A stretch of 63,174 bases of DNA, counting the filler, from Craspedostauros australis (lineage: Eukaryota), in assembly GCA_030167865.1 (NCBI GenBank). It is 12 parts of 12 records of this genome, joined end to end, with 100 filler letters (N's around TTAATTAATTAA, not from the genome) between each part and the next. Parts side by side here need not be neighbours in the genome. Positions count along the whole stretch, not along the records: positions 50,492 to 53,148 come from JALAGF010005761.1; positions 53,249 to 63,174 come from JALAGF010005762.1; 10 more parts are not named here. The stretch is one strand, 5' to 3'. The translations under genes and the position numbers were made by a program. Every line of letters starts with the position of its first letter. Positions within the stretch are counted from its first letter, which is position 1. The notes under the pieces are model-generated. The model did no database searches. It worked only from the letters and a program-made list of their open reading frames with translations, and was not told the DNA's origin. This document shows, piece after piece, positions 50,492 through 63,174 of the stretch.

Positions 50492-52502
50492 CAACGAAAA
50501 TGATGTGCTCAGCAATGGAAGTGATGGTACCGCATCACCCCAGTTGCTGGAACTGCAGCAACAGCTTGTAAAGACAGCTTTGCAGGCATGGTTCATGAAG
50601 GCCTGGCATGGTAAATCCTATGCCTACACACGTCTGGGACATGCAAACGAGGAACTACTGATGAGAGCAGCCATGAACTGCAAACATGTGGGTGGAATCA
50701 ACACGACCATCAAGGCCGCATTTCATGCTGGCCTCGTCCGGAAACAGAGCAAAACCTACGTACGTGCCTCCATCAATTTCCTGAGCATTGTGGGGGATCC
50801 AACCAATGATGCACACAATGAGGTATTCATTGTAGAGATGAAGACGAGAACAACTCAGAACACAAAACTGAAAGGGGAGTTGCATCGGAAATGTGGAACA
50901 TGTGCACAATTTCCCAACTAGCACCCATCTATATCTGAATGCACAAGAGAAAACATATTGCTCAATCTTCCGGGCAGACAAAGAAATGATTCAGGTGCTT
51001 CACCATGCATATGTGTCTATGATGCGAGAGGAGCTCTGATCGTGATCGGTAAGTGCGCCTTGTGGCAAATGCAACGCAGGTTCTCCCTGTCCAAATGGCT
51101 TCACTTTGTTCCGTACCAACCTCATCTGTCTTCTCACACAACTGTGGATCCCTTTTCCACAACCACCGACTCACATGAACGCTCGATTGGGTGACAGGAG
51201 ACAAAAAGGGAAACATCCTGTGCATTGTAGGAACGAGGTTTTCCCTTGGCCTCTTGCATCATTCTGAGAACGTTCCTGAAGATGCATCCCGTTTGCTCTT
51301 GGCGTTTGCCTTCCCCAAAATTCCAGAGGCAGATCAGCAATCATCCAAGATGCTTGATACAGAGTTTCTCAAGCTGAGCCCAAAGACGAACAAGTTCTGC
51401 AGGGCAAGCAAGAACCTGCGGAACATCACAGGGGATGGAGTATTTCATCACAAGAAGACTTGACAAACCCACCACAACATTCTTGCTTTCCCAGTACCTC
51501 CAGTGAAGACGTTCCTCCCCTGAACTGTGNNNNNNNNNNNTGCCTGAATGGTGGGTCTGACATAACAACAAAGCTCATCCAGCAGCACAAAGCGTCCCCA
51601 CTCATTGCAACAATCCATTGCATAGCAGTCGGTTGACAGCTACAAACCATGTTTGTGGCACTGCACTGATTGATTCACTACGCAACAGAGGCACACTCCG
51701 ATCATGAAATTGAAGCAGGCCACACTGGCACCATCGAACAGTATCCCAGCAGAGTAAATCATGAGTGAAGTCTGAACAAGTTGATGGGATGAATCATTGC
51801 TTGGTTGCGCAAGTTGCTCGCAGTCATGGCTGCAGACGAAAGAAAGGGCAAGAAACAAAAGGGAGGCACGGAGACAGCGACCCACANNNNNNNNNNNNNN
51901 NNNNNNNNNNNNNNNNNNNNNNNNNNNNNNNNNNNNGCAGCACAAAGCGTCCCCACTCATTGCAACAATCCATTGCATAGCAGTCGGTTGACAGCTACAA
52001 ACCATGTTTGTGGCACTGCACTGATTGATTCACTACGCAACAGAGGCACACTCCGATCATGAAATTGAAGCAGGCCACACTGGCACCATCGAACAATATC
52101 CCAGCAGAGTAAATCATGAGTGAAGCCTGAACAAGTTGATGGGATGAATCATTGCTCGGTTGCGCAAGTTGCTCGCAGTCATGGCTGCAGACGAAAGAAA
52201 GGGCAAGAAACAAGAGGGAGGCACGGAGACAGCGACCCACAACACTGATATCATTCCAGCAGGCGGGTCAGCCGTCGAAGATGGCGAGATGCGTCCACGG
52301 GGATGCCCCGAGGACCGTCAAAATAAAAAGGAATGCTTGCCAGCCTATCCACGATGGATCCCAAGGAGGAGATCAAAATGACCAAGGATTGCGGCAGGGT
52401 GAGCATGCAGCAAGGTACTGTCCAGACGTGAGGGGAACCTGTGTTGCATGTTCAGTGTGTAGACACTGGATCTGTCCAGGATGCAACTTGTATGCTTGCT
52501 GA
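50492..52502 (+). pseudogene. Degenerate transposon-like gene with a YqaJ/lambda-exonuclease-type PD-(D/E)xK domain and a Cys-rich tail
   Basis: LGHANE, GLVRK...YVRASIN, IVEMKTR, MIQVLHHAYV; later GGSDITTK and CVAC...WICPGCNLYAC; multiple stops and frameshifts. Confidence 0.55.
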
Positions 52503-54009
52503 TACATCGAAGCTGACAAACAGGAGTGGCTCACGACATGTGGCATTGCCCTAACCATGGCGTTAAGAAACATCCCAAAAGGAGCGGACGCAATCATTGT
52601 TCACAACTTATGTCATCGAATTGTGCACAAGGAGCCTGTCGAATGGGTAGAGAAGGTGAAGGCCCAGCATCAATGGGAGAAGCCACCACAATGAACGCCT
52701 CTACCAGCGCAAACACAGATGAGACAACCACCACAGCTACAGATGCAGTAACAGAGATAGCAAGAGAGATGAGCAACGAAAGCAATGACAATGCTGACGG
52801 TGAAACCACCACTGCCAAGGCAAATCAAACAAACACAGCCACAATAATTAGCTCAAGGGTGCCTGTCCTGAATCTGGAAGCAGCAATACAAGCTGCGCAC
52901 AAGGCAGCCGCCGAAGCCAGGATCCAGAGCAGAGATACAGAGGTCATAACGCACGGTCTGCATGGAAGGAAGCGGAAACGATGATATGCAATACGATTTA
53001 TGTACACCAACGTATTCCACGCACAAGAGGCTCGCAAGGATGACTGTAGCATAACAGTAGCACGACAGTATCATAACAGTAGAGAAAGACAATATAATGC
53101 AGAGTAGAGTCAGTGTTGATTGCTGTTATTGTGGGGATGGAGAGAGTANNNNNNNNNNNNNNNNNNNNNNNNNNNNNNNNNNNNNNNNNNNNTTAATTAA
53201 TTAANNNNNNNNNNNNNNNNNNNNNNNNNNNNNNNNNNNNNNNNNNNNCCCCCCCCCCATACTGTACCGTGTGACTCAGCCCCGTCTTGTATGTAGTAGT
53301 GGTCATGAGGAAGGACACCACACCAGAGAGATCACAGGCACGCACGCGATACTGGAGAACTTGGGATGGGATGACTTTGCCGTTGCTCAAGATGTCGTAG
53401 TAACCCCGCAAGGTACAGGCCTGGCTGTGCGTGATGATGTCACGTTTGGGAAGCATGCGCGCCTTCTGTTCCTCCGATAATCCATGTGCGTGCTTGTCCA
53501 AGATAGCAGTACACAGTACATGAGGCGCAGACATGGCCAAAGTGGCTCTCGCTGTGTGGGATGACGTAGATTCTCCGAGCAAGCATAGGGTGTAGAGGTT
53601 AGATGCCAACATTGCCAGAGGAAGCTCAACCTGACCGCGCACGTATGCAACCACCTGTCCCATCTGACGAGTTGGCACCTCTTCTTCTGGAAGCAGGACA
53701 GTCCAAAGCGCNNNNNNNNNNNNNNNNNNNNNNNNNNNNNNNNNNNNNNNNNNNNNNNNNNNNNNNNNNNNNNNNNNNNNNNNNNNNNNNNNNNNNNNNN
53801 NNNNNNNNNNNNNNNNNNNNNNNNNNNNNNNNNNNNNNNNNNNNNNNNNNNNNNNNNNNNNNNNNNNNNNNNNNNNNNNNNNNNNNNNNNNNNNNNNNNN
53901 NNNNNNNNNNNNGCCCCTGCCGGCGCGTGTCTGTTCCTCCTTTTCGTCAACATACGTGCTGTCGCTCTCATTTGAGGGATCTGCGTACCCCCCAGCAGCT
54001 ACCGTGTTG

Positions 54010-54359
54010 TGTCGAGATGTATATGTGAGTATATGTCGAGATGTACGAGTATATGTGCATCGTTCACCCGCTATTCTCTCATACGCACTTGGACGGTATA
54101 ACTACANNNNNNNNNNNNNNNNNNNNNNNNNNNNNNNNNNNNNNNNNNNNNNNNNNNNNNNNNNNNNNNNNNNNNNNNNNNNNNNNNNNNNNNNNNNNNN
54201 NNNNNNNNNNNNNNNNNNNNNNNNNNNNNNNNNNNNNNNNNNNNNNNNNNNNNNNNNNNNNNNNNNNNNNNNNNNCGTCCGTCCATCCATCAATGGTACC
54301 AAGAGAATCTCGAGGTACTTCCCAACTAAACCTCAGATGACGATATCATCTGACAGACT
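54010..54359 (-). repeat. LTR-like repeat family L4, copy 3 (partial; interrupted by the family D Copia)
   Basis: Starts TGTCGAGATG like 20518; homology stops at TCTGACAGACT exactly where the family D LTR begins. Confidence 0.88.
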
Positions 54360-54962
54360 TGTTGGAAGGCTCCGCGCACGGAGAATCGGTAGTGGTCAAC
54401 ACTCTTTGACGAAAGTGTTTCTGTTACTGTTACTGTTGTTGCTTTTGATTGTTGGTGAGCGAGCGTGGGGTATGAGATGATCAAGATGCTCTCTTGATCC
54501 ATCTCTTCCTTGCTCTCATTGCTTGGTGCAATCCTCTTGCACCTCCATGCACNTTGCTCTCATGTTGCTCGTTGATGTTGACTTGATCGTCAACCTCGTC
54601 GTTTCTCTCTCGTTGTCTCGTCGTTGTTCCATTCTCGGGTTTTGTTGAATCTGATGATTGTATTAGAACTAACTCAGAATCCACAGTAGATGATGTTGGT
54701 TTGTTGTAACTACGATGTTGGTCTTATTTGAAGTTGACTTATGTCTTCTGTTGTTGCTGTTTCTGTTGTTGCTGTTCTTGCTGCTGTTGCTGCTGCTGTT
54801 GCTGCTGCTGCTGTTGCTGCTGCTGTTGTTGCTGTCAGCACACAACCGGTTGTTTTGTTGCTTGGTTCCTTGTTGAGCCTATCTTTTCGTTTGACTCGTT
54901 TGACTCTAATGCTGTTGTCATCCCGTCGTGACGTCACACCTTCGTCTGGTTTCGCTCCAATA
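54360..54962 (-). repeat. 3' LTR of the family D Copia (603 bp; TATTGGA...TCCAACA)
   Basis: Preceded by PPT GAAGGGGCG; near-perfect 7-bp inverted ends; sharp junction with L4. Confidence 0.85.
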
Positions 54963-57900
54963 CGCCCCTTCATGACGGGATGTGGATCATCGGATATGTC
55001 CTGGTGGTGTATGGCGACATAAGCACTTCGTTGAATCTTGTTCTCTGCAGGGATGGATGTCTGAGTTTTGGTGGTTTCTGCTTGCGTCGGTGCTTCTGGC
55101 TGGTTGTCTGCGGGTTGCTGTTTGCCGGACTTGGCAGCATTCAGGTGAGGAGGGTCACGGAACAACGAGAGCTTGGTCAGCCGGTAGAAGGTCGCTTTTG
55201 ATACTGGCTTGGTGAGGATATCTGCTTCGTTGTCATGGGATGAGATGTGAATGAATCGAAGGATTTTGGCTGCGATGGCTTCTCTGATGCGATGATAGGC
55301 GATGCCGCAGTGCTTCTTCTTGAGTACGCTCGATGGGATAGAGGTGTTGAGCACGACTGACTTGTTGTCGCCCAGGAGCACAGCTGGACCGTCCAAGGGA
55401 ACACCCATTGATCGAAGCGCATTCCGTAGCTCGATGATCATGTCGACGGCGATGCGGGCAGCGACGAGCTCAGATCCGTATGTGGAGGATTCCACGGTTC
55501 GTTGCCGCTTGGAGTATGTGCGAACAACCATGCCGTTGACTTGTGCGATGATCCCAGTGACGGATCGGCGGGTGACAATGTCGTGGGCATGATCCGCATC
55601 AACGTATACCGTGAGTGTTGCCTTGGCTCCCTTGGGTGTGATGGTCTTGTATGGAAGCGTCTCTTGTGCGTCAGGATAGTATTCGTTCCCTTGACTGGCA
55701 TAGCCACAGGGAAGGTGGTGATGAGATGGTGTGTGTGGATCGCACAACAAGCGCCCCTGTTTGCGGTGTTTCAGGTAGCCGAAGACTCGTTTCATCGCTC
55801 GTAGATGCCCTTCGCGAGGTGCCATGCTGAACCTGGAGAGTGCCATGACCGCGAACTGTACGTCGTACCGCCCAAGAGTGATGGTCCAGTTGGCGCTGCC
55901 AATGAGAGAGCGATATTTGCTCGCGTTCGAAGGACTGAGTAAGGGAGATTCATCCGTTTCGGCATGATACGACTCGGCCATGGGGACTTGTGTGTTGGGA
56001 AATGTGCAGTCCAGCATCTTCTCGAGCTTGGCGGTTGCGTTGTTGATGTAGGTGTTGGCAGAGAGGGCGGTGAAGATGTCATGTTGTTGCCATTCTGTGT
56101 CGAGGGATTCCACGTTTCCACCCAGGTAATATTCAGGTGCTCCAACGCCTTTGAGGTTGTAATGTTGCTTGAGCTCGTTGATGATGACCATGGGCTTCCG
56201 GCTGAAGACGAGTACATCGTCAACGTACGTCGCAATGAGCTCATAGTGATCATCGCGCTCCTTGATCCATAGGTCAGAATCATACAGTGACGGCGTGAAT
56301 CCCATCTTGCGGAATCGATGTGCAAGGTGCTCATGGAAGCGAGCGCTGGACGTGCGAAGTCCATACAGTCCCTTGTGGATGATCAACCTTTGTCCTTCCA
56401 GTTCCTTGAACTCGGGTCCTGCAACGATGTATCGCTTCTCTTTGGTCTTTGCATACAGAAAGGCATTCCCCACATCAGCTGCACACACCTGGAGCTTGTT
56501 CATGGCTGCAATCGCAAAAGCGATGCGGATGGTTTCAATGGCCACCACACCAGAGTAGACACCCTCTCCGGAAGGCTCACACATGTTGCCATTGGCAACG
56601 AGACGTGCTTTGCGTCGCAAGTCGAACTTCACATCGAAGATGATGTGGTATGGGATTCGTTGATACTCATCCATGTTGTCCTCAGCGGTGGGAAGTCGAA
56701 ATGTGTTGTGGTCATTGATCTGTTTCAGCTCCTTTTGAATTGCATCAGCCCATGTGGTATCATCACTGATTCGGTCGATGAATAGGGCATGCTTCACGGA
56801 TTGGGGTACAAGCACTCCGAACTTGTATCGATGTTTGAATCGGTCTGCCTTCTTTGCGGCATTCACCATCATGGTATGCATGTTGTTGATGTTGTGGAGC
56901 ATCGGATGGACCCATTGGAATTGCGGCTGTTGTAGGAGGTTGGATGTACGTGCATATTGCACAAGGGCATATGGATCGTCAAGGCGGACGTCTTCCATTC
57001 TATGCCATGTCTGTGTTGCATCCGACCAGAGTACATGGACATGTATGTCACAGGGAGACACAGCAGAGGGTCTGGTTTCGTGTGCCAGGATTCGCACGAT
57101 GCGGTGGTCGGGTGTAGGGTTGTCAAAGGGAGCATCCGTGCTGTCGGAAATCACGTCATGCCATTGGACGTAGTGGAGGTGCCTCTCATCATGGGGACTC
57201 AGATGTGTGGCGATGGCCCTGGGTGATTGATCTGTGTGCTGTCGTGTAGTCTGAATGATGTGAGTGGGGGTCAATGGGTTGGCATGGGTGGACAGGAAAC
57301 ATGCCCAGGGATGCTCACGATCACGGATGATGGTGGCTGTGTTCGCAGTTGCTGTCTGAATGGAAGCAATCATGTTCTTGCGTCGTTCTGATGCCTTCCA
57401 TGGAGTACTATCTTTGATTCTTCGCGATCGACGGATGCCTCGTGGTGTTTCGGATGATGGTTTGGTCTTGGGGGTGCGTTTCTTCTTCCATACCGATGGC
57501 TTTGGATTGGTCTTCGTTGTGGTGGCTGAAGGTAGTTCGGTAGTTGATGGTTGTGGAGGAGGTGGTGTATTCTTGGCAATGGTGACGTGTTTGGGAATGC
57601 CAGGAGGCGTAGGTGGCTTTCGGGTAGACATGGTGTTTCCGGTTTGGGCGTTGATGTCCTCCACTGGCATCTTGTTCGTTGGCATGGCGGTTGGTTTGTG
57701 TTTGTGCCTTGTCTTCTTCTTCACCTCACGTCGGAACGTGCATAGTTTCGTGTTGATGGGGATTCGTTCATCGTCAAATGTCAGTGGTACATCAGGCTTT
57801 GGCTGTGGAACATGAGGGTTCAGGTGATGCCCGAATTGGAGCCTGCGGTTGGCTGTATCTTTGTGGAATGGGCGCACAACGCTGTGGATGATGATTCGTT

Positions 57901-60900
57901 GTGTATCATCAGTCAGGATGAAGTAAGTCAATGCGTCTCCACATGAGTGTGCCACTCCCATCCAATATCCAACTCGTTCCTTTGGGTCAGGGAATGATGC
58001 ATGTGGATCCATGTAGTAGATCTGCTCGTAGAATGTGAAGTGCAGGAAAGGCAAGATGTCAACTGTTTCGCCATGTCTGACCGTCATTGGGATTGCATAT
58101 CGGTTGGATTCATCAGCAATCACATTGTGAATGTCTGCCAGGTACTTGAATGCGAGGAACCATGCGCGAGGTGGAGCTCCAGTTCGATCGAGGAGGATGA
58201 GTATGTGGTACTTCAGCCACTTCACAGCACGAAGTTCTGCTGGGTTCTGGTTCTGCTGCTCTGGTTCGCTGTTTTCCATGGCGATGTGTAGGTCTCTGAG
58301 CGTGCGCTGAACATCGATGCTTGTCTGTTCGTTTGCTCCATCTGACCTGAAGGCCCATGGTGCGCCTTGATCGTGTAGGAAGTCCAGGATTGCGTCCTGT
58401 GCATTCTCTTTCCTTCGCATGCCATACACGTTGATCATGTGCGAGGTGGTTCCAAAGAATACCTGGATCATGGTGTAACCTTCGGCGAAGGCAGGGATGT
58501 TGGCAAACATCGTGTCTGTTGCGACCACCTCTCGGAGGCGAGCGATGCGAAGGTTGGCGAACCGTGTACGCATGTGGCGTACCATTGGGAATCTGACGAC
58601 TGCCTTTGCCAGCTGGGTGGTTCGCTTCAATGTCTCTCGGATGATTCTGGCAGGAACCCAAGCGAGGCATGGCCGTACCTTCTCCAGGTCCTGGAGTCTG
58701 TGCTTGGCTTGCATGCGGAATCCGACATTCTCCATTTCTGTGGCTGTCGCAGCTGGATGCTGGTTGATGGCAGGCTCGAAGGCCTTGTTCAGGGCTTCGG
58801 TCAAATCGTCATATGCTGAGACGTCCGTCATCATTTGGTTTTGTTTCGGAGTGGTGTTGTCGATGCGCACTGTGGCTTCATCCCGTTCTGCGCGATCGTA
58901 GGTGTGCTGCTGTTCACCTCCCATTGATGGTTGGTCTCGTGCAGTATGGGCCCGCATGGCTTGCAGCATCATCGGTAATTCATTGTTTCCGTCAATGAAG
59001 TCGCAGAACGCATGGTATGTTGTCAGCACTCCATCAACCGTTTGGTTGCTCTGGTCACTGCGNNNNNNNNNNNNNNNNNNNNNNNNNNNNNNNNNNNNNN
59101 NNNNNNNNNNNNGTTGGCGAACCGTGTACGCATGTGGCGTACCATTGGGAATCTGACGACTGCCTTTGCCAGCTGGGTGGTTCGCTTCAATGTCTCGCGG
59201 ATGATTCTGGCAGGAATCCAAGCGAGGTATGGCCGTACCTTCTCCAAGTCCTGGAGTCTGTGCTTGGCTTGCATGCGGAATCCGACATTCTCCATTTCTG
59301 TGGCTGTCGCAGCTGGATGCTGGTTGATGGCGGGCTCGAAGGCCTTGTTCAGGGCTTCGGTCAAATCGTCATATGCTGAGACGTCCGTCATCGTTTGGTT
59401 TTGTTTCGGAGTGGTGTTGTCGATACGCACTGTGGCTTCATCCCGTTCTGCGCGATCATGGGTGTGCTGGTGTTCACCTCCCATTGATGGTTGGTCTCGT
59501 GCGGTATGGGCCCGCATGGCTTGCAGCGTCATCGGTAGTTCATTGTTTCCGTCAATGAAGTCGCAGAACGCATGGTATGTTGTCAGCACTCCATCAACCG
59601 TTTGGTTGCTCTGGTCACTGCGAGCGTGAGGCTGCATGCCGGATAAGAGTGTGGTAATGCCATCATGTCGGAATCCATCGAGGTGGAAACCCCCTCGAAG
59701 TTGGCGAGACACGAATGAACGGAAGACGTGCGAGTCGAATTCCACAACAGGCGCTGTTGCGGCAAAGCGAGCGGTGTATGCCAGGTATGCATCGATGGGG
59801 TCGCCATACGTGGCAACAAGTGGGTAGCCTGGTTGGGTGTGCAACACCACAGCATCGATGCTGTCATGCTGGGTTGGCCGGGAGTCGCTATCGCCACTGC
59901 ACGGAACGAGAGGATGGACTGCCTTGGTGGACAGGGCGTCATGCTCATGTGGGCGATGGAAGGCCTTGGCTGTGTTGACACCGAAGTGTGGGAGCGGATC
60001 CTTGTCGTTGTAGTGATCGTGGGGCTTCCATGGAACATCCGTGGTGATGTCGATGGTCTCGATGTCGGTACCAGCAATATCGTCGGTGGTGGGCGGGTAC
60101 AGATCGAAGGTCATCAATGCGGATCGGTTGATGAGAGAGATGACCGACTTTGGTCGTGGCTGGAAGGATTGTGTGCCTTTGGTGTCACCTTCATATGAGG
60201 TACGATGGCGATGGGATACCGAGTCGACGATGCAGCCGTGCTCTCGGACTTGGTATTCGGACAGCAGCGTGAGCCTGCTGTTGACGTTGAAAGCGGCCTC
60301 GTTCACACGAAGGAGAACCATTGTGCCATCGTCAAGTCGGGCCTTGGACACAGCAGAGACGATCGGAAGCCCTGTCTTGCGCATAGTGGATGGAACAGCG
60401 CCGATGATGTTGACGGTACGTTGTGGATGCAGCTCGGTCACAACCCAGATGTCTCCCATTCCGCCAAGAATGCAGCATTGGGCACCGTTGTCAACAATTG
60501 CATATGGCTCCTGCAGCATGGATGTGGCATGAACATGGTAGCTCATGAGTTGAGATCCGATCGTCATGGCGCTGTCGGAGGTCAGACGTGGGCGCAATTC
60601 TTCGTGCGTGTATGTGACCTGTACCATGCATCCATGGTAGGACTTGCTGTAGTATTGAGCAAGCATGGCTTGTTGGTCGTCCAAAGTCGCATCAGAGTCA
60701 TACTCTTCAACATCGTCCGATGATGATGACTCATGTTCGTTGTCTTGGTCAATGTGGGTTGCTTGCAGTTGCTGGGACAGTCGGACCATAGCATTGTGGG
60801 TCTGGCGTTGATCCGTCTTGGCAGGCGATGGCTTGTCGCCGTACTGACGAGGTAGGGTGTCACGTGCGGACTTGGTTGGTTTTGTTTCTTTGGTCTTCGG

Positions 60901-63030
60901 GTTGGTCGACCGATGACTCCTGGGCTTACGGCCATGGTTGTTTCTGGCTTCACGCTGTAGTCGGTTGCGCTGTTGCCGGAGCTTGAGGAAGGCACGTTTG
61001 GCACGCGGATCCATGGAGTTGTAGACAGATTCGGAGAGGAAGCTGGGGTCCTCGCGGAAAGAACGAGCGATGTAGAGCGCAAGTTCCGCTTCCGGATCGT
61101 CTATGTCGTCCTCGTCGTCATCGGTGTGTGCGTCCAGGAGGTCATCGTACTGGATCTGAGCGGCATTCCCGAAACGTCGTAGAGGTGGCATTGCTCGGCG
61201 CTTGGATGTCTTGGTGGCTTGTGTCTCCATTAGGCGCGCTTGGGAGATGATGAAGTCATAGAGTTGGGGGAACGACATGGTGTGTGCGTTGGCCTCGGCG
61301 GCGATGGCGATGACCTGCACTTGGCGGTCGTCCGTGTTCTGGAGCATCTGTATGAGGTGTTGGCGTTGTCGGCGTTCATCCCACTTGTCCACTTGTCGTG
61401 AGCAGTTGGAGTTGTAGTTTGCTATGTTCTGACGCATGTTGGCGATGTACTCAGCAAGTGGGGTCGAATGGTGGTATGGTTGTGATGCAAGAGCGATGTA
61501 TGTGTTGGCTCTGGCGTCTTGGCTTTTCTCGCTATTGCACAGCTGAAGGAGTTTCTTGTAGGCGCTGATGCCGTTGCGATTTGGCTCGTTGTGGGTCACT
61601 TCTGCGGCGTCTGTGTCATGCACAGCTTCCATGATCCATCCATAGAGGCAGGACACGTCGTTGACCACTTGCTTGGGGTGGAAGTCGAGACGCTCGTTGG
61701 TGATTGGATCGATGTAGTACTTGTATGCATTGTTGTGGTACTGTTCATAGAGTTGCTGAAAGGCAGGGTCAAGGAGGTAGGACATTTGTTGCAGTCCGAT
61801 CCAATTCTGGAACAGAGTATGGAATGATGCAAACCGAGATGCATCGGTGTACTTGTACTTGCTGGGCATATTGATGGTCCGCTTGATCACTTTGGGATGA
61901 TGCGACGCCCCTGAAGTCACATGGTTGGGCAAGGCTGGTGACGTTGAGATGGGAGTCCTGGACGGACTGGGTACGGATTGAACCGGACTCACACTTGGGA
62001 TGTTGGGAGCACGAGAGTTCCAGTCATTGTGGTCGTTGCGGTGGAAAGCGGATGGTGTAGTCGATGGATGTGTGCGATGGTCATGGTTCTGTCGGTGGTG
62101 ACCACCTGTGGGGTCACGATTGGTCACAGAAGCAGATGAGGGTGATGAGGAATGGATGAAGGATGTGCCTCCATTGTTTCTGGGGTTCCGGTTGTGTGCT
62201 CTATCGGTTTGGTTAGTGAGCGACGGCACCGGCGGTTGGGTGTCTTGGAATGTGAAGCGACTTGGAATGCTATCCATGGGAGCCATGGACTGGACTTCGT
62301 CGTCGAATCCCAGCAGGTCTGCACGTGCGGTGGACTCGTCGATTGTCCCAAGCTGTTGGTTGTTCAGTGTAAACGTGTCAGTGGCTGTGGCTGGATTGTT
62401 CGTACGCGACGTGACGTTCGTGGTTGTTGGGGTTCTTGGGGATGCAGGTGGAGCGAGGATGCGTTGGACAGCTGCTGCTGGTTGGGGCAGTTCGTAGTTT
62501 TTGTCGTTTTGCATCGCTCGACGGTATTTCTCCAGGTTCTGCTTCCATGTGGAGATGGCCTTCTGGGTGGCAGCGTCGTTGAGAGGGTTCGAGGTCAACC
62601 TGCGTGTATACATGTTGATTTTGCGGAGGTCAGGCAAATCTTCGCTGGTTGCGTCAATCGCGTTGTTCTCCATCAGGGCCTTCTCATCGATGTAGCTGCG
62701 GATATGTCTCATGCGAACGAAGTCAGGCATGAGCATGTCAGGATCCACTGGTGTGATGAGTCTACCAAGGGAGGTGTGGATGTCTTCTCCACCAAAGAAG
62801 TGGATGTCGGCAAGGAGCTGCACCTTCGTCATACCATCGATCAGCATGAAGCGATCGAGGAGTGGGAACAGGCAGCAGAATGCGTTTGAGAACTGGAGTT
62901 CCTCAAGGAGGTACTTCACTGTCTCGAGGGAGACGTCAGGAGGGTTGTCCTGCGCCTTCAGGAAGCTCCTCATGATCGTTTGCGCGTCCATCGTCTTGCC
63001 TGTTGTCTGTACCGTTCTCTTGCTCGTCAC
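54710..63030 (-). CDS. gag-pol: CoDi-I-like Copia (family D) single gag-pol polyprotein, ~2,590 aa after removing a 560-bp assembly redundancy
   Basis: Gag without CCHC; PR IVDNGAQ; IN ATDT/RSDGANE/QNPAE; chromo-like VHVLWSDATQTW; RT DVGNAFL and YVDD; RH YVDADHA, STYGSE, GDNKSV, NEADILTK. No internal stops. Confidence 0.95.
54748..54833. repeat. (TGC/TGT)n trinucleotide microsatellite inside the LTR
   Basis: Seen directly; encodes the poly-Ala/Thr tail of pol. Confidence 0.9.
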
Positions 63031-63174
63031 CGTTGTCTCTCTGTTCGCGTGTTGGGTCGGTTGTCGGTCGTATCCTTCGCTGCACCGTTGCTTCGCCGTT
63101 TCTTCGCTGTCTGTCGCTACTCTCGGCCTCCTTCGATGCTTCGCTTGGATATCACGTACAACCCAATCCCCCCC

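Noticed and set aside
8567..53204. Eleven recurring TTAATTAATTAA motifs as a biological repeat or piggyBac TTAA sites
   Set aside because: Always centred in exactly 44+44 N, so they are an artificial linker. Adjacency across them carries no meaning.
53249..53711. 161-aa minus-strand ORF fragment
   Set aside because: Truncated by gaps with no recognisable motif; not enough support for a call.

Overview
Eukaryotic, transposon-dense DNA, most likely from a diatom (inferred from CoDi-type Copia elements, a diatom-style tyrosine-recombinase retroelement and an intron-containing cyclase-PDE fusion gene). The window is not contiguous. Twelve unrelated scaffold pieces are joined by 11 artificial 100-bp linkers (44 N + TTAATTAATTAA + 44 N), and many 50-N gaps are flanked by redundant overlapping copies. 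Content: at least four Ty1/Copia families, one of them an apparently intact ~2,590-aa CoDi-I-like gag-pol with its 3' LTR; several LTRs and solo LTRs in nested insertions; a DIRS-like RH/MT + tyrosine recombinase module; piggyBac and YqaJ-nuclease transposon relics; a 65-bp satellite; and three host genes. Most notable: (1) an 823-aa non-gag/pol ORF sitting directly before a PPT and LTR; (2) six LTR sequences that begin 5'-TA instead of TG; (3) an extra domain shared between the zinc knuckles and protease of two Copia families; (4) a membrane cyclase-phosphodiesterase fusion. All family assignments rest on motif recognition by eye; no database search was run.
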